A stretch of DNA of 63,037 nt, the filler included, from Craspedostauros australis (taxonomy: Eukaryota): the NCBI GenBank assembly GCA_030167865.1. It is 10 parts of 10 records of this genome, joined end to end, with 100 filler letters (N's around TTAATTAATTAA, not from the genome) between each part and the next. Parts side by side here need not be neighbours in the genome. Positions count along the whole stretch, not along the records: positions 1 to 5,901 come from JALAGF010003004.1; positions 6,002 to 34,633 come from JALAGF010003005.1; 8 more parts are not named here. One strand, written 5' to 3'. A program made the translations under genes and the position numbers. The stretch's first letter is position 1; every line of letters starts with the position of its first letter. Positions 1 through 12,047 of the stretch are shown here, one piece after another. Below the pieces are notes generated by a model, which had not been told where the DNA came from, searched no databases, and worked only from the letters and a program-made list of their open reading frames with translations.

Positions 1-471
1 GGAGAGCAGAAGGACGCCTACTGACGTTGACAGGATGTCATCGTGTCACCACGTCGACATCTGTCTCCAAGTCAGAGCAGGAGGTGAAGATCCGATGACC
101 AAAGAGGATCAGCATCATGGATACTGAAGGTGAAGTTCAAATGGTAAGTACTCATGGAGTAGTAAGCCAGTAGTGAATGAACAGAGTGTCGACTACGGAG
201 TACGCATCAAACACAGAGTATCGTATGGCACAAAGCACATGATATTGAGAGAGAGAGAGAGAATACAGAGAGGAGCGAGAGAGCATCTTGTGTACCGACT
301 CATAGTCGGAGACCCAATCTACAAAACAGACAGATATGCCAAGAGCATCAGGCAAGAGAACGGAGACATCAAGAGGATCGGAGTGCTCAAGTAATGAAAT
401 AGCAAACGAACGACTATCAACCAATACCATCTTCCACGATCGTAGGTTGCCATGAGCAGAACTTGCCAACA
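1..471 (+). repeat. 5' LTR of copia family A (5' part outside window)
   Basis: Homologous to the inverted copy at 35055-35760 and to fragments at 47112-47544. All copies end at ...CTTGCCAACA, which defines the LTR 3' end. Confidence 0.9.
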
Positions 472-1256
472 CGTTTATAAACGATAGATCAGGGCGAGCC
501 CGTGGATCGGATCGTGTGAGGAAGACGAACATCATTCAAGAGCAGCAGGCTGAATGAGCGAGGAAGAGGAATTGAAAGACATCCCTCTGTCCCAACCCAA
601 CTATCAAGCAAGAAGAAGGTGCGAGTGAGACTTGACCACAACAAGAGAAGGAAGCAGCTGCGGCTACTGTCCTATCAGGCGCAGAGGCAAGCGCCATCGC
701 CAAGACCGAAGAGGAACGGTCTGCAAGACTACATCGCGAGAAGAAGAGGATTCTCAAGGCAGCCAAGCAAGAGGAGACTGGTGTGACGAAGAGCATTCGC
801 ACAGCCAAACAGGGTGGGAAAAGTGAGACGCCACCAGGAGGAGAATTTGTGAGCAAATCAATCTCAGAGCGAGTTTTGGGGTCAAGCGAGTCGTGTAGCT
901 CGTATTGGTCAAAGATTCTGTGACCGTACAGTCATAAGCAACCGAGGCGGAGTGTTTGTGGCTGAAACAACACAAAGGGAAAAAACGAACAGAGCATGTG
1001 TCTTTGTTGGATTCATGGCATGCGGTCACAATCTGGTTCACAACAAGGAGTGTATCAGCAATACACCAACAATAGATAAGCAATAGAAGACTGTCATCTA
1101 TGTGCCTGAGAGTGCTTCACTTCGCGTCCTGAGCACGCAAGCAAGCCAGAATCATTCGTCTCCGCGAAACAACTAGCGAAAATCGAAGAAACGACAACAC
1201 AGAAACGAACGGAAATCAAGGGCACGAGCGCACCAACAACGAAACAACAAGGCAAC

Positions 1257-4200
1257 ATGGCAACATCAGCCAACACGAACAAGCGACACATCAAGGCGCC
1301 GATGTTCAGCGGTGAACAAGAGGATTATAGCCCACGGGAGTCCCAAGCGAAGGCATACGCTCGTACACAGAAGACGAGAGACGTGATGTTGGGCAAGACG
1401 AAGATCCCAACAATGAGCGAGATCGAAGCAGCCACCGGAGAAGACAAGGAAGCATTGGAGGAAACCTACAAGCTGGCATGCAACTGCTTCAGCGACCTGA
1501 TCCTCATAATGGATGCAGAGAAAGGGAAAGGGCAAGCAGGCCATCCAATACATCAATCAGTCCATCTCCAACAATTATCCCGAAGGAGATCCACACGCTG
1601 CATGGAACGTTCTCGCGGAGAAGTTCCGGCCATCCGACGCGGTGACGAAGATCAAACTCAAGCGCCAATTCAACAACGAAAAGATGAAGAGAGACACGGA
1701 CCCCGACATCTACATCACGCAACTCGAGAGTCTACGATCGCGTCTCCACGATGTGAAGTACGAGATCACGGACGAGGAGATGATCATGCAAATCCTCAGC
1801 ACCGTGAGCGTGGAATACAGAACCCACATCGTGAACTTCCATCACCAACTCACGTACAATCCGGAACTGGTTACCATCAACACAATCAGAGGAGTACTCC
1901 GCACAGCACACGCCACTCATCAAGGAGGCAAGGCATACATTGACGACTTCCAAGACAGCAACACGAAGAGCAACGACACCGGCTTCACGAGCACCGGCAA
2001 CTTCAAGGGGACCTGCCACAACTGTGGTGTGTATGGTCACAGATCCTCCGATTGTCCAGAACGCAAGAAATCGAACAACAAGAAAAACAACAACAACAAC
2101 AACAACAAGATGAATGGAAAGCGCAACAACAATCGCAACAAGGGAAGTGGCTTCAACGGCAAGTGCAACTACTGCAGCATCTTCGGACATCGCGAGGCAG
2201 AGTGCCAAAAGAAGAAGTTCAACGAGAAGAAGAAGGCCGACAAACAGGCCAACACAGCAACGGAAGGACACGACAAGAGCGGGCACAAGATGGTACTCTC
2301 TGCAAAAGACACGCCACTCTGCATGTTGGTGTCCGACAACTACATCGAAGACTCCTTCTTCGATAACTTCGAGTGCGTCGGGAGTGACAACGAAGTGCAG
2401 GACGATGAGATCGTCCCGGAATGGCTCAGCGAGGAGCCCATCATCCACGAGGTGGATCCAAGACGCGAAGTGAGCTACGAATGCTGCTTCAATGCAAACG
2501 ACCTGATCGGTCCATAAGGCGACGGAGCCGAGATAGACAGTGAGGCCATCGATAGCGACATCGAAGAGGCAATGAGCAAAGACAACGAAGACGCCGACGA
2601 GAACGGCTCAGACAAAGACGCCGACGAGGACGGCGCAGATGAAGACGATGACGATACCACCAGAGACGAGGCGAACCGCGCCGAGGCGCTGCCTCCTCCA
2701 GCAATGCAGAACGAGAGAATGGGCATCTTCGATGAAGAGGACAGCGACGAAGCTGAAGACCATCCAAGCGATACGTTCAATCCTTATGAACACGTCGTCT
2801 ACCCAATCCGAATCCAATTCCGACCGGAACCAAATCCCAGAAGAGTTGACGACATCTACCGACTCCAGACCTTCCCAGAACCAACGGTCACTGCAAAACG
2901 GATGCAGAAGCAACTCATCTACGACGCGGTGCTAACAGCCGCAATGCCGATGTTTCCAGGGTTCGTGAACGAACCATTGCGATACATTTGGGTGAACATG
3001 GTAAGCACCATCCTTTCCGCTAACTTCAAATCGATTGAAGAGATCCTCGCAAACGCAGCCATTCTCAACCGACTACTGAAGGCAAACGAAGAAGACGAAC
3101 TCTCCGAACTGGACTTACACTACGTCCTCAGAGGATGCATGCAGGTGCTCCTGCGCGAGCGACCACGCGTCACGCCGTATGACACGGTCACTGGAGTTCA
3201 TCGTAACAGCACAGTCCCAGCGCACTTTGCAGAACTACCAAGCGATGACGACATGGACGAAGATCGCAATCCATACAACGAAGATGGAGTCCACGAAGAT
3301 GAAGAAGAAGACAGCCTCATGGATGAAATGGCTGCAGCAGCCATGGAGCAGCTCCACGAGCTGAGCACCAAGTACAAGGACAAGGTCAACAAGGACACCT
3401 GGCTCGCCGACAGCGGAGCTTCGTGTCACATCGTCAATTCGGATGCCGCTCTCTTCACCGTGCGGCACATCAAGTCCTTCCTCCAAGTGGGAGACAGCAC
3501 GAAGCTGGACTCTCCCAAGATGGGATCCATTCGCTTGAAGGTCAAGCAACAAGACAACACTGGCCACATCATCCGGCTCGACGATGTGAAGTGCACACCA
3601 AAAATGGCGGTGAACCTTTTCTCAACGAACAAGGTTCTGTACAACGGTTACCAGCTTGGTAACAACGGCATTCTGATGGACATCATCAACGGATCCGGAA
3701 TGAAGATCGTGTTCGATCGAGTCTTCCCCACATCCAACGGATTCATCACGGGAGTGCAGACGCGTCCCATCATGCCAACAGACGACAACAAGGCTTGCAC
3801 AGCCATCATCAAGAATCCATCCAAGGAGATCAGCGTGGTGAACTTGCATCGAATGCTCGGCCACGCGCCACTCGAGACCATGAAGCGGACAGCCGCTCAA
3901 TACGGATGGAAGATCATTGGCGAGATGCCAGTATGTCGCGACTGCGCGGTCGCGAACGCAAGAGTGAAGAATATTCCGAAGGCAACCATTCCAAGAGCCA
4001 CTCGCCGCGGCGAACGGTTCTTCATTGACATTAGTTANNNNNNNNNNNNNNNNNNNGGAGATAAACGCTACTGGACCCTGATCGTGGACGACTGCACGGA
4101 TCACTGCTGGAGTTTCTTTCTCAAGAACAAAAGTGATCAACCAGGGTACATCAAACGATTCGTCCAGACGATCAAATCACACACAGGTGATCAACAAATC

Positions 4201-5901
4201 ATCTTCCGAGGAGACAACAGCGGAGAGAACAAATCCACGCAGGATATTCTCACCGATGCAGGACTCAACATGAAATTCGAATTCACGGCATCGAACACGC
4301 CGCAACAGAACGGTAGAGTGGAACGCAAGTTCGCGTACCTCTACACCAAGATCCGCTCCATGCTCAATGGAGCACAGCTTGACAAAGAGTATAGGCATGG
4401 CCTGTGGGCAGCAGCTGCGAGCACTGCCACCACCATCGCCAACATCACCGTAGCGAAGAATCAGAAAGAGTCACCGTACCGCCAATTCTTTGGCAACGAT
4501 CCACCATATGCGGATGCACTCCGCACATTTGGAGAAGTGGGTGTTGTGAAGACTACCTATGGCGGGATCACCGCCAAACTCAAGAACAGAGGAGAAGAGA
4601 TGGTGTTCATCGGATATGCACACCAACATGCATCAGGGGTCTACAACATGTGCAGACCATCGACCAAGTCACTCATCTGTTCACGGGACATCAAGTGGCT
4701 CAACCAATCATACGGACAGTTCTGTGGCTGGGCGCCAGCACCGAACATATCCAGCAAAGCAGGAACGACGGACGCAGATGGCTTCACAACCATCAGACGG
4801 AAGGGAGCAATGCCAAGCACGGCAACGCGTCGAACATCAGAAGCGAAGAGAGTATCTTTCGCTGACACGAACAAATACCATATCCTATCAGACACTGATG
4901 ATGAGGATAATGAGGACGACGGAGCAGTGACTCAACTAATCCAGAATGACGAGGAAGATCGGAGCGAATCCAATCATGAGGATGACGAAATCCTACCCTC
5001 CGGCGACGAAGCCGATGACGAGATAGGTGTCACCCCTCCGAATACACCAGCGAGGTCTACACATGACACACCATCGAGACCTCCACCAACCAAACCAAAC
5101 AAGCGTGACATGGCTAGAAAGGAGAGAATCCGACGTCATGAAGCACAAGTCAGGAAGGGAGAAACTAATCCCATGTCAACTACAGGGAAGAGTATTCCCA
5201 GAGCTCTGTGTGAGCTCGCAGACTTCAACGAACGAGGTCGAAAGGAAGAAGGCTATGAGAGCAAGTCATCATCCAACGAAAATAGTGACGAACTGAGCGA
5301 TGAGATGACTGACGAATCCAACAACGAAACTACAGATGACAAAGAAATCGTAGACGAAGAAGAGAAGATCGAGATCACTCATCATAGCACAACAGGACTA
5401 TACAGGATGAATGCAATCATCACCAAGACACCAGCAATCGACATCAGACTGTCGATGCAGGACGAGAACAAGGAATCAAAGAAGCACATCGAACCAACGA
5501 CATTCGATGGAGCCTTCAACCACCCAGATCCCATCCATTGAAAGGGATATCGAGCAGTCATCAAGAAGGAGTTTGACTCAATGGATACACGCAAGGTGTA
5601 CAGCAAGATCAAACGAGACGCCATCCCACACGGCCGCAGATGCTGCAAATGCAAATGGGTCTTCAAGCTGAAACGCGATGGCACACATCGAGCAAGGCTC
5701 GTTGCATGTGGCTATTCACAAGTCGCAGGAGTAGACTTCCAAGAGCATTACTCACCTGTCATCCATGACGTGACCTATTGGGTCATGATGGTGATCATGC
5801 TGATCAAGAAGATGGATTGCGCACTCGTCGATGTCGTAACGGCATTCCTACATGGAGACCTCGACGAGGAGATCTACATGAACTGTCCCAATGGGATGGA
5901 T
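1257..5901 (+). pseudogene. Disrupted gag-pol polyprotein
   Basis: Frameshift near 1520-1535, in-frame TAA at 2515-2517, and in-frame TGA at 5539-5541 where the sister copy at ~57303 has CGA. Confidence 0.85.
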
Positions 5902-6001
5902 NNNNNNNNNNNNNNNNNNNNNNNNNNNNNNNNNNNNNNNNNNNNTTAATTAATTAANNNNNNNNNNNNNNNNNNNNNNNNNNNNNNNNNNNNNNNNNNN
6001 N
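5902..6001. other. Assembly gap with artificial six-frame stop linker (recurs at ~34.68, 44.70, 48.16, 49.40, 52.52, 53.99, 55.82 and 57.49 kb)
   Basis: N44-TTAATTAATTAA-N44 repeated identically. Confidence 0.98.
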
Positions 6002-6089
6002 CGAACGTGCCATCGCCCAAGCAGATGCACAACACACAAACACTACTAATTAGGCCGTCCCACGTAGCAGTAACAAATAGCCAGATTTT

Positions 6090-7140
6090 AACAAGCATAA
6101 AATGTTAATCGTTGATGTCCTCCCTTGTCTGTTGTAGTGAGTTCGTGTTTGGTGTCCTGGTTTGAAAAAGGCAAGCACAGCATCGCGCTGACTGGTTCAT
6201 CGTGTAAGTGCTNTGCTTTACTGTGGGGAACACTATTTGCCAACGATGCATCTNGGACCCACTGGAAAGCCGTGGTGGAGAATGGGCAAGGAGCTTCGTC
6301 CACGTGGGGTGACATCCTTCCTGGATCACAAGAGGATGGACTAGGCAACCAGACACTGTTGCCTGCGCAAAACAATCCGAGTGTGTCCTAATGAAACGAA
6401 CGAAAACACCAGGGAAACATCTGGACTGTGCAATCACACGCACGTTGAGCGGAGCGGAGCGAGGATGTTCACAGCACGAGCGACACAAGCAGGGAGCGAC
6501 ACGAGCAGGGAGCGACACGAGCAGGGTTCATCACGCAATGACGCGTGCCTATCAGGACAGGAAAGGGAGGACATGATGCTGCCTACCCCCCTGCGAACGA
6601 ACATGCTCACTTTCGTCACGGGTGTGGAGAGTGACGAGTGAAGAACCAAAGTACACTGGGCAAGAGTATGATGAGACAATGCATGTTTGGTGGAGTGCTG
6701 CGCAGCAATGAATTGTGGCGCGAAAAAAAAACACCCCCACGCGTTCGAGAGTTGTTCCGGCACGAAGACACGCACCAGCACGAACAACGAATGCGAAGCA
6801 AGGACCCTCTTGAAAAGCAAGGGGCGATTGAGCCGAAGGGCTGTCACGGCGGGAAGGAGGCAATGTGACGTCGCGTGTATGGGAGTGGGGATGTCTTGGA
6901 GCAGACACGAGGGGATGGAAGGAGAGCAAAGCGGACGTCATTGGCACGTTCACATGGGTGCTGGACATCGCCAGGCACTCACGTTAATAAGCGCAACGTC
7001 ACGCCGACACGGGAAAGGCGTGCTCTAGTAGTCGCATGAGTCGATGATCCCAACGAACATAGCACGGCAGAATACGCTTCAAGCGTGAATAAAGTACAAA
7101 TCGATACATGTGGTGTCTTTACCGCGCTTCCCATGCTGGT
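6090..7140 (+). repeat. Dispersed non-coding repeat, copy 1 (probable old non-autonomous TE)
   Basis: Collinear similarity to 59160-60110. Shared blocks include GGTGTCCTGGTTTGAAAA, GACACGGGAAAGGCGTGCTCTAGTAGTC and CTTTACCGCGCTTCCCA. Boundaries approximate. Confidence 0.75.
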
Positions 7141-8845
7141 ACAAGTTTGAACGAAAGATTCTACGTAAAGGGACAGAACGCAACGCGCCGAACGTACAAC
7201 GTCGGAGGCCGTCTGGCTTCTTGTTGTTTCTCTGGCAAGGAACGGTTCGTCCCAGCATCAACGACACAATTCCGTGCCATGCTGTGCCTTGCACGAAACT
7301 TCGTGTACGAGTAGGCGCCATGGCGATCTGTCGAATTTTCATTCAACCGGAGTGTAATCTTCAAGCAACACTATACATGGGAATCCGGAAGCTGCACTCT
7401 CGTGAACGCAACCACAAGATCCGGCTCATGCCATGTGATCTGCGTTGACGAGACTTCGAAAGAAATGTGGAGACGGGCGACGGGCGCACGGCTCCCTTCA
7501 CAAGATCCTGTTCTGTGACGAACAGCGCTGGAGCAGCAAAAAGCGAAAAGAAGGACATCGTCAACAGCAACGATGATGGATTCGGTTGCATTTGCGTTTC
7601 GCTGGTGTCGGCTTCATCACGGGAGCACCGACACCATGGCAACGTGTTGCCGACAGTTTCATCGCACACTCATGTCTGCGATGGCGCTTCAATGCTCGTT
7701 TCGGTTGACGTCGCTTGCATTTGAGTCCTGGCTGCCGTCGCAGGAATGCCGTTGTCGATGAGTTGACACCATCATCCAGCTGCTGCTGCTGCTGTTGGTG
7801 TTCTTGCAACGAACTGCCCCTTGGCCTCCTCGTTCGCCCTTTTCTCGTCACTGCTTCTTCCAAGTGCCATCAGGCAAGCCAACCGTGAACACCACACCAC
7901 GCGACTATCCACTGAACTAAACCACAAGACGAGGTACTACATGACACTATGTTGCTGCCCATCTGCTTTCAAGTTGGGCGACCGCAGTACGACGGCCATC
8001 GACAACGCAACTTGGCGCCCGATGCAGAAGCATGGTGAGAGTTGAACAGGAGAGCTCGTTGGTGGCACCGCGATCCCCACCACCCAACACCGGCTGTGTA
8101 CAATCTGTCGTGGAGTTCTCAGGCATTCTCCAATCGCGTTGGAGGGTACTGGCCGAGGCTCCTTTTCCGCGATGTTCGTGGCCAGACGTGAGTACAACAA
8201 CAGCCGTCCGAATTGGTGGAATGAGGAATGCCTTCTCCGCAGTCCCGAACATTACTCCCATTCCGGATGCTTCTCCCACTCATTCAAATCGCCAAAACAC
8301 CAACGCCGCGCGTGTTCTCCCTTCTTCTTCTCTGTTCCACTCTTCGGGGGAAGCACTTGGCATCCGTGGAGTTGAACAAAGCTATCATGTTTGAACATAG
8401 AATAGGTATCGCACAACATAATCGTCGTAAACTATTTTCATGATGAAGCACACGCGGGGTAAACGCATGCATGGTGCGGTAAAGCGCAAGTTAATTGAAT
8501 CATTATCCATTGTGCATTGTGTTGTGTTATGTGTAATTGTACTCTCATGTGGTAGAGGCTTACATTGCAGTATTTCTTTGAGAAGTGTACCGTCGCCATG
8601 CATATCCGTGCTACTTCTCCTTCTACTGCAACAGGGATAGCTCCTGCTGTGCGCTGGATGACGCTCGGCAGCCTGCCGTCGATGCTCGCACACACGCACG
8701 CCTGGTTGCAACCGATCCATCGGGAACCCGCCGATGGGAACGACCTGCTGTCTTCACGCACCATGGACGCGCTGGTCTTTGATCTGCATGCTCGTCGGCG
8801 CGTGGACGGACGCGTACTGCACAGCGAACGCCGCAACGTCGAAAT

Positions 8846-9418
8846 TTAGGCGCAGCAGCAGGAATGAACCTCATTGGGATAGTTCTCAGGCGTCATGATG
8901 TTGTCCTCGATCTCCTTGGCCAGGAAGTAGTGCGGGTACGCGAAGAAGGCCGTGAGGACGGCGCCCACGAGTTTGCGGAGGATGAGGAGGTTGACGCCGA
9001 AGGAGAAGATGTAGGCGCAGAAGCCGATGAGGACGAAGTTGCGCTCGAACTTGATGGCACCCCGGATGGCGAAGCTGTACGCGGCGATCTCGAGGAGGTG
9101 GAAGAGGATGCGCAGGCCGATATGCAGGCTCTCCATCTCCTTGGCGGCTTCCTTTGTGTCCTCGCTGGCATCGCTCTCCCTCGCTGCGAGCTCCACCAAC
9201 TCGTATCCCAGGAATTGCAGGAAGACGTTCAAGGTGAGGAACGTGACCATGACGATGTTGACGATGATGACGGCGCGTCGCATGTCGCAGCAGCTGCCGC
9301 AGCACACCTGTCCTTCCTTCATTCGTGGGCTGGGGCTGCCGCCGCCACCCGGGGCTCCGGTCACTATTTCACCATCGGGGAATTCGAACATTGCGTTGGC
9401 TGGGATGTAGGTCGTCAT
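8846..9418 (-). CDS. Small 4-TM membrane protein of a diatom family (CCGxCCDMRRAVIIVN motif), 190 aa
   Basis: Single-exon ORF with GC3-rich codons, Cys cluster before TM1, four hydrophobic segments, and C-terminal YPH...MTPENYPNEVHSCC. Confidence 0.85.
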   Translation of the reverse strand: MTTYIPANAMFEFPDGEIVTGAPGGGGSPSPRMKEGQVCCGSCCDMRRAVIIVNIVMVTFLTLNVFLQFLGYELVELAARESDASEDTKEAAKEMESLHIGLRILFHLLEIAAYSFAIRGAIKFERNFVLIGFCAYIFSFGVNLLILRKLVGAVLTAFFAYPHYFLAKEIEDNIMTPENYPNEVHSCCCA

Positions 9419-10157
9419 CTTGCTCGTCTTTCGTTAATGGGTGGAACTTGGTGTCTGCTGATAGGAATGGAATGAATGGATGGATGGATGCGCCTCTGCT
9501 GCTGCTGTCACTTGTCAATGTATTTGGATTGCGTTTGCGTTTCTTCGTCTTCGTCTCTTGCTGGTGCTGATTCTGTGTGTCTATGGCAGCAACGGGCCAC
9601 CAAGAAAGGAAGCCTCTCTCTTGTTGTCTCCCGACACTTTGCGCTGCCCTCCTTGCTGTTCTTCCTCCGCAAACCTGTTTCGTGCGTTGGGGGGAGATCT
9701 TTCGCTCTGTTTCCCACGATTGGACCACTTCGATCAGAACAACTTCGATCGTGTGAGAAGGAGAACTGTGAATGGAATTTGGTTGAGGGCTTGTTTGATG
9801 GTACCAGCACGATCGCAGTGGCGCCAAAAACCGATCAGAACTTTCCACGTGGAACCTTGTGGAAGTCCGAGAATTGCCAAAGAACAACCAAGATGCGTGC
9901 CAACAACCACGATCTCTGCGGTCGGGAAAGGGGTGGATGCCAACAATGTTCACCACCGCGAATGGCACCACCGCGAATGGCACCACCAAGAGAGGGAGGA
10001 CGCTGCCATACGACTACGACCTACCAATACACGGACATCCAGAGTACCAGTGTGCTGGATGCATGGGAAACCAACAGACGTTGATGAAGCAATCGCAGTG
10101 CCAACCATGAGAGACACGATGGGGCTTGAAGCGGCGCCAACAACTCGTGCGCTACGA

Positions 10158-11343
10158 ATGCGTGCAATGCGGTGCTTGTTCATAGTTGCTCTCCTGCTTC
10201 TGAATGGCGCCAATGCCTTTCGTTCTGCGCAGGCATCGAGACATCGCCTTCTGAATCCAACCTTCGATGGGACAGCTGCAGCCTCAAATAATCGACCTGC
10301 CACCGTTCGCCAGCCCTTGGCACGCCAAGCTCTGCCAACTACGAGTCCAGGCGCTTCCCTCCATGTCAGCAATGCCATGCATCCTGTCTATCGATGTTCA
10401 CGCACGCGATCATCCACCTTCACGCATGCATCATCATTGCTGCCATCAGCAGCCGCAACATCAGCAACGTCGTCGCAATTGAATGCGCTGCCCGCTGGCC
10501 TCGCCACCGTGTCGTTGCCATCTCAGACTCTGCGAGCGGCGTTGGCGTTGCTCCTTTCATCGGCTGTTGGCATTCGGTTCGATGCGGTGGTTCCAGGTGC
10601 AGGGATTCTCGGGACCTTGCTCACTGCGGCCTTCTTCTCCAACCTCGGGCTCATCCCAACTGCGCACTTCCTCTACGATCTGTGCTGGACGCTCTTCCTC
10701 CCGGCGTCGCTGGCGTTGCTGTTGCTGGCCTTTCGCACGCCCGACAGCAAGGATCTCGCCTCGCAGCCACCGCAGCCTACAACATCCGAATCTAGCGATA
10801 ACGTCAACGCCCGAGCACCACCAGCCGAAGAACCCATCGCAGTTTCCATCCGCGCTGTCGCCATACCATTCCTCGTCGCCTCGGTCTCGTCGTTGCTCGG
10901 TTGCTTGGTATCCTACCTTCTCATCAAGCGCATCCCATCGATCGCATTGCCAATGCGCGATGCGCAGGTGGCAACGGGCTGTCTATCGGCGTCGTTGGTG
11001 GGAGGCAGCGTCAACTTCTTCGCGACGGCCAGGTTGGTGGCTGCACCGGCATCCTTGCTGGGGTCGTTGGCGACGGCGGATCTCATGATCATGGCCGTGT
11101 ACTTCGCCTTCCTCACGGCGGCATTGCAATCGCCGTCCTTCCGAAACTTATTCGTGGTGCCAAGCGATGGGCGTTCCAAAAGTCGCGAAGTGGCAGCAAG
11201 CGAGCTGGGAAAGGATTCCAACGATGATGTATGCAACGATGGCAGCAGCAGCAACAACAACAACAACAACTCAATCATTGGAGCAATATCATCGCCGTTA
11301 CCCTCCACCGCATCCGACTTGGCAAAGGACCTACACAAGACAG

Positions 11344-11384
<41 letters not shown>

Positions 11385-12047
11385 CATGAAGAGGCGCAAC
11401 AGACAAACCCCACTGTGCACAGACAGTCATTGAGACGGATCTTTCGGTCGGCAACGAGAAATACGTACCTGGGGATCTCGGTTTCTGCCATGGCGGTGAT
11501 CATCGTTCGATGCGCCAACTTCATCGAACGCTTGATCCCTCAGGTTCCTGGGATGGCATGCGCTGTCATCGCCGTCGTCGCTCCCTTCATCAACAACTAC
11601 TTCACCAACCGCTTCCAAGGTGAGGACTCCGCCTGGACCACCATGCAACGAATAGCAGGCCCCGTCGGCGATCTATGCTTCCATTGGCTCTTCGCCGCGA
11701 TCGGGACAGGCGCCAACATCCAGCAGGCTCTCATCACGGGACCAGCATGTCTGCTCTTCGTGGCCCTGGCCGTCACCATCCATGTCGGTGGCACCTTCCT
11801 CGGCTGCAACATCGCCCAGCGCATGACGCCGTACTTGCGCAAGCACATGGAGCTGGAGGACGTGCTCATTGCATCCAACGCGGCGATCGGTGGCCCCGCC
11901 ACGGCCGCAGTCTTCTGCAGAGGCATGAAGGGCCCACGTGTACGGGGATGGACCATGGCGGCCACCGTTTGGGGAGTGGTCGGGTACGCGGTCGGGACTA
12001 CCATCGGAGTCGCCATGTTCCGACTCAGCCAGTTCCTGTCTCCATGA
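10158..12047 (+). CDS. DUF819-family multi-pass membrane protein, probably plastid-targeted
   Basis: Motifs GGSVNFFA and IASNAAIGGPATA...GVVGYAVGT with about 10 TM segments. The N-terminal signal peptide ends ANA-F (ASAFAP-like) and is followed by a Ser/Thr/Ala/Arg-rich transit-like region. Start inferred; the ORF is open from 9480. Confidence 0.85.

Larger units (their letters stand above)
1..5901 (+). mobile_element. Ty1/copia (CoDi-like) LTR retrotransposon, family A, truncated by gap within RT
   Basis: Order is LTR, ~785-nt leader, then Gag-PR-IN-RT. Motifs: two CCHC knuckles (CHNCGVYGHRSSDC, CNYCSIFGHREAEC), protease WLADSGASCH, HHCC-type IN N-terminus (HRMLGH...CRDC), IN core (IVDDCT, GDNSGE, PQQNGRVER) and RT (KWVFKLK, RARLVACGYSQ, DVVTAFLHG). 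Confidence 0.96.

Noticed and set aside
1515..1540. Programmed ribosomal frameshift in gag (AAAGGGAAAGGG)
   Set aside because: The shift needed is +1, it falls in mid-Gag, and the copy has other disabling mutations. A 1-bp insertion is simpler.
5946..5957. Recurrent TTAATTAATTAA palindrome
   Set aside because: Artificial scaffold linker embedded in N-runs.
9480..10157. 226-aa N-terminal extension of the DUF819 ORF
   Set aside because: Low-complexity, non-protein-like sequence in a divergent promoter region; a good signal peptide begins at 10158.
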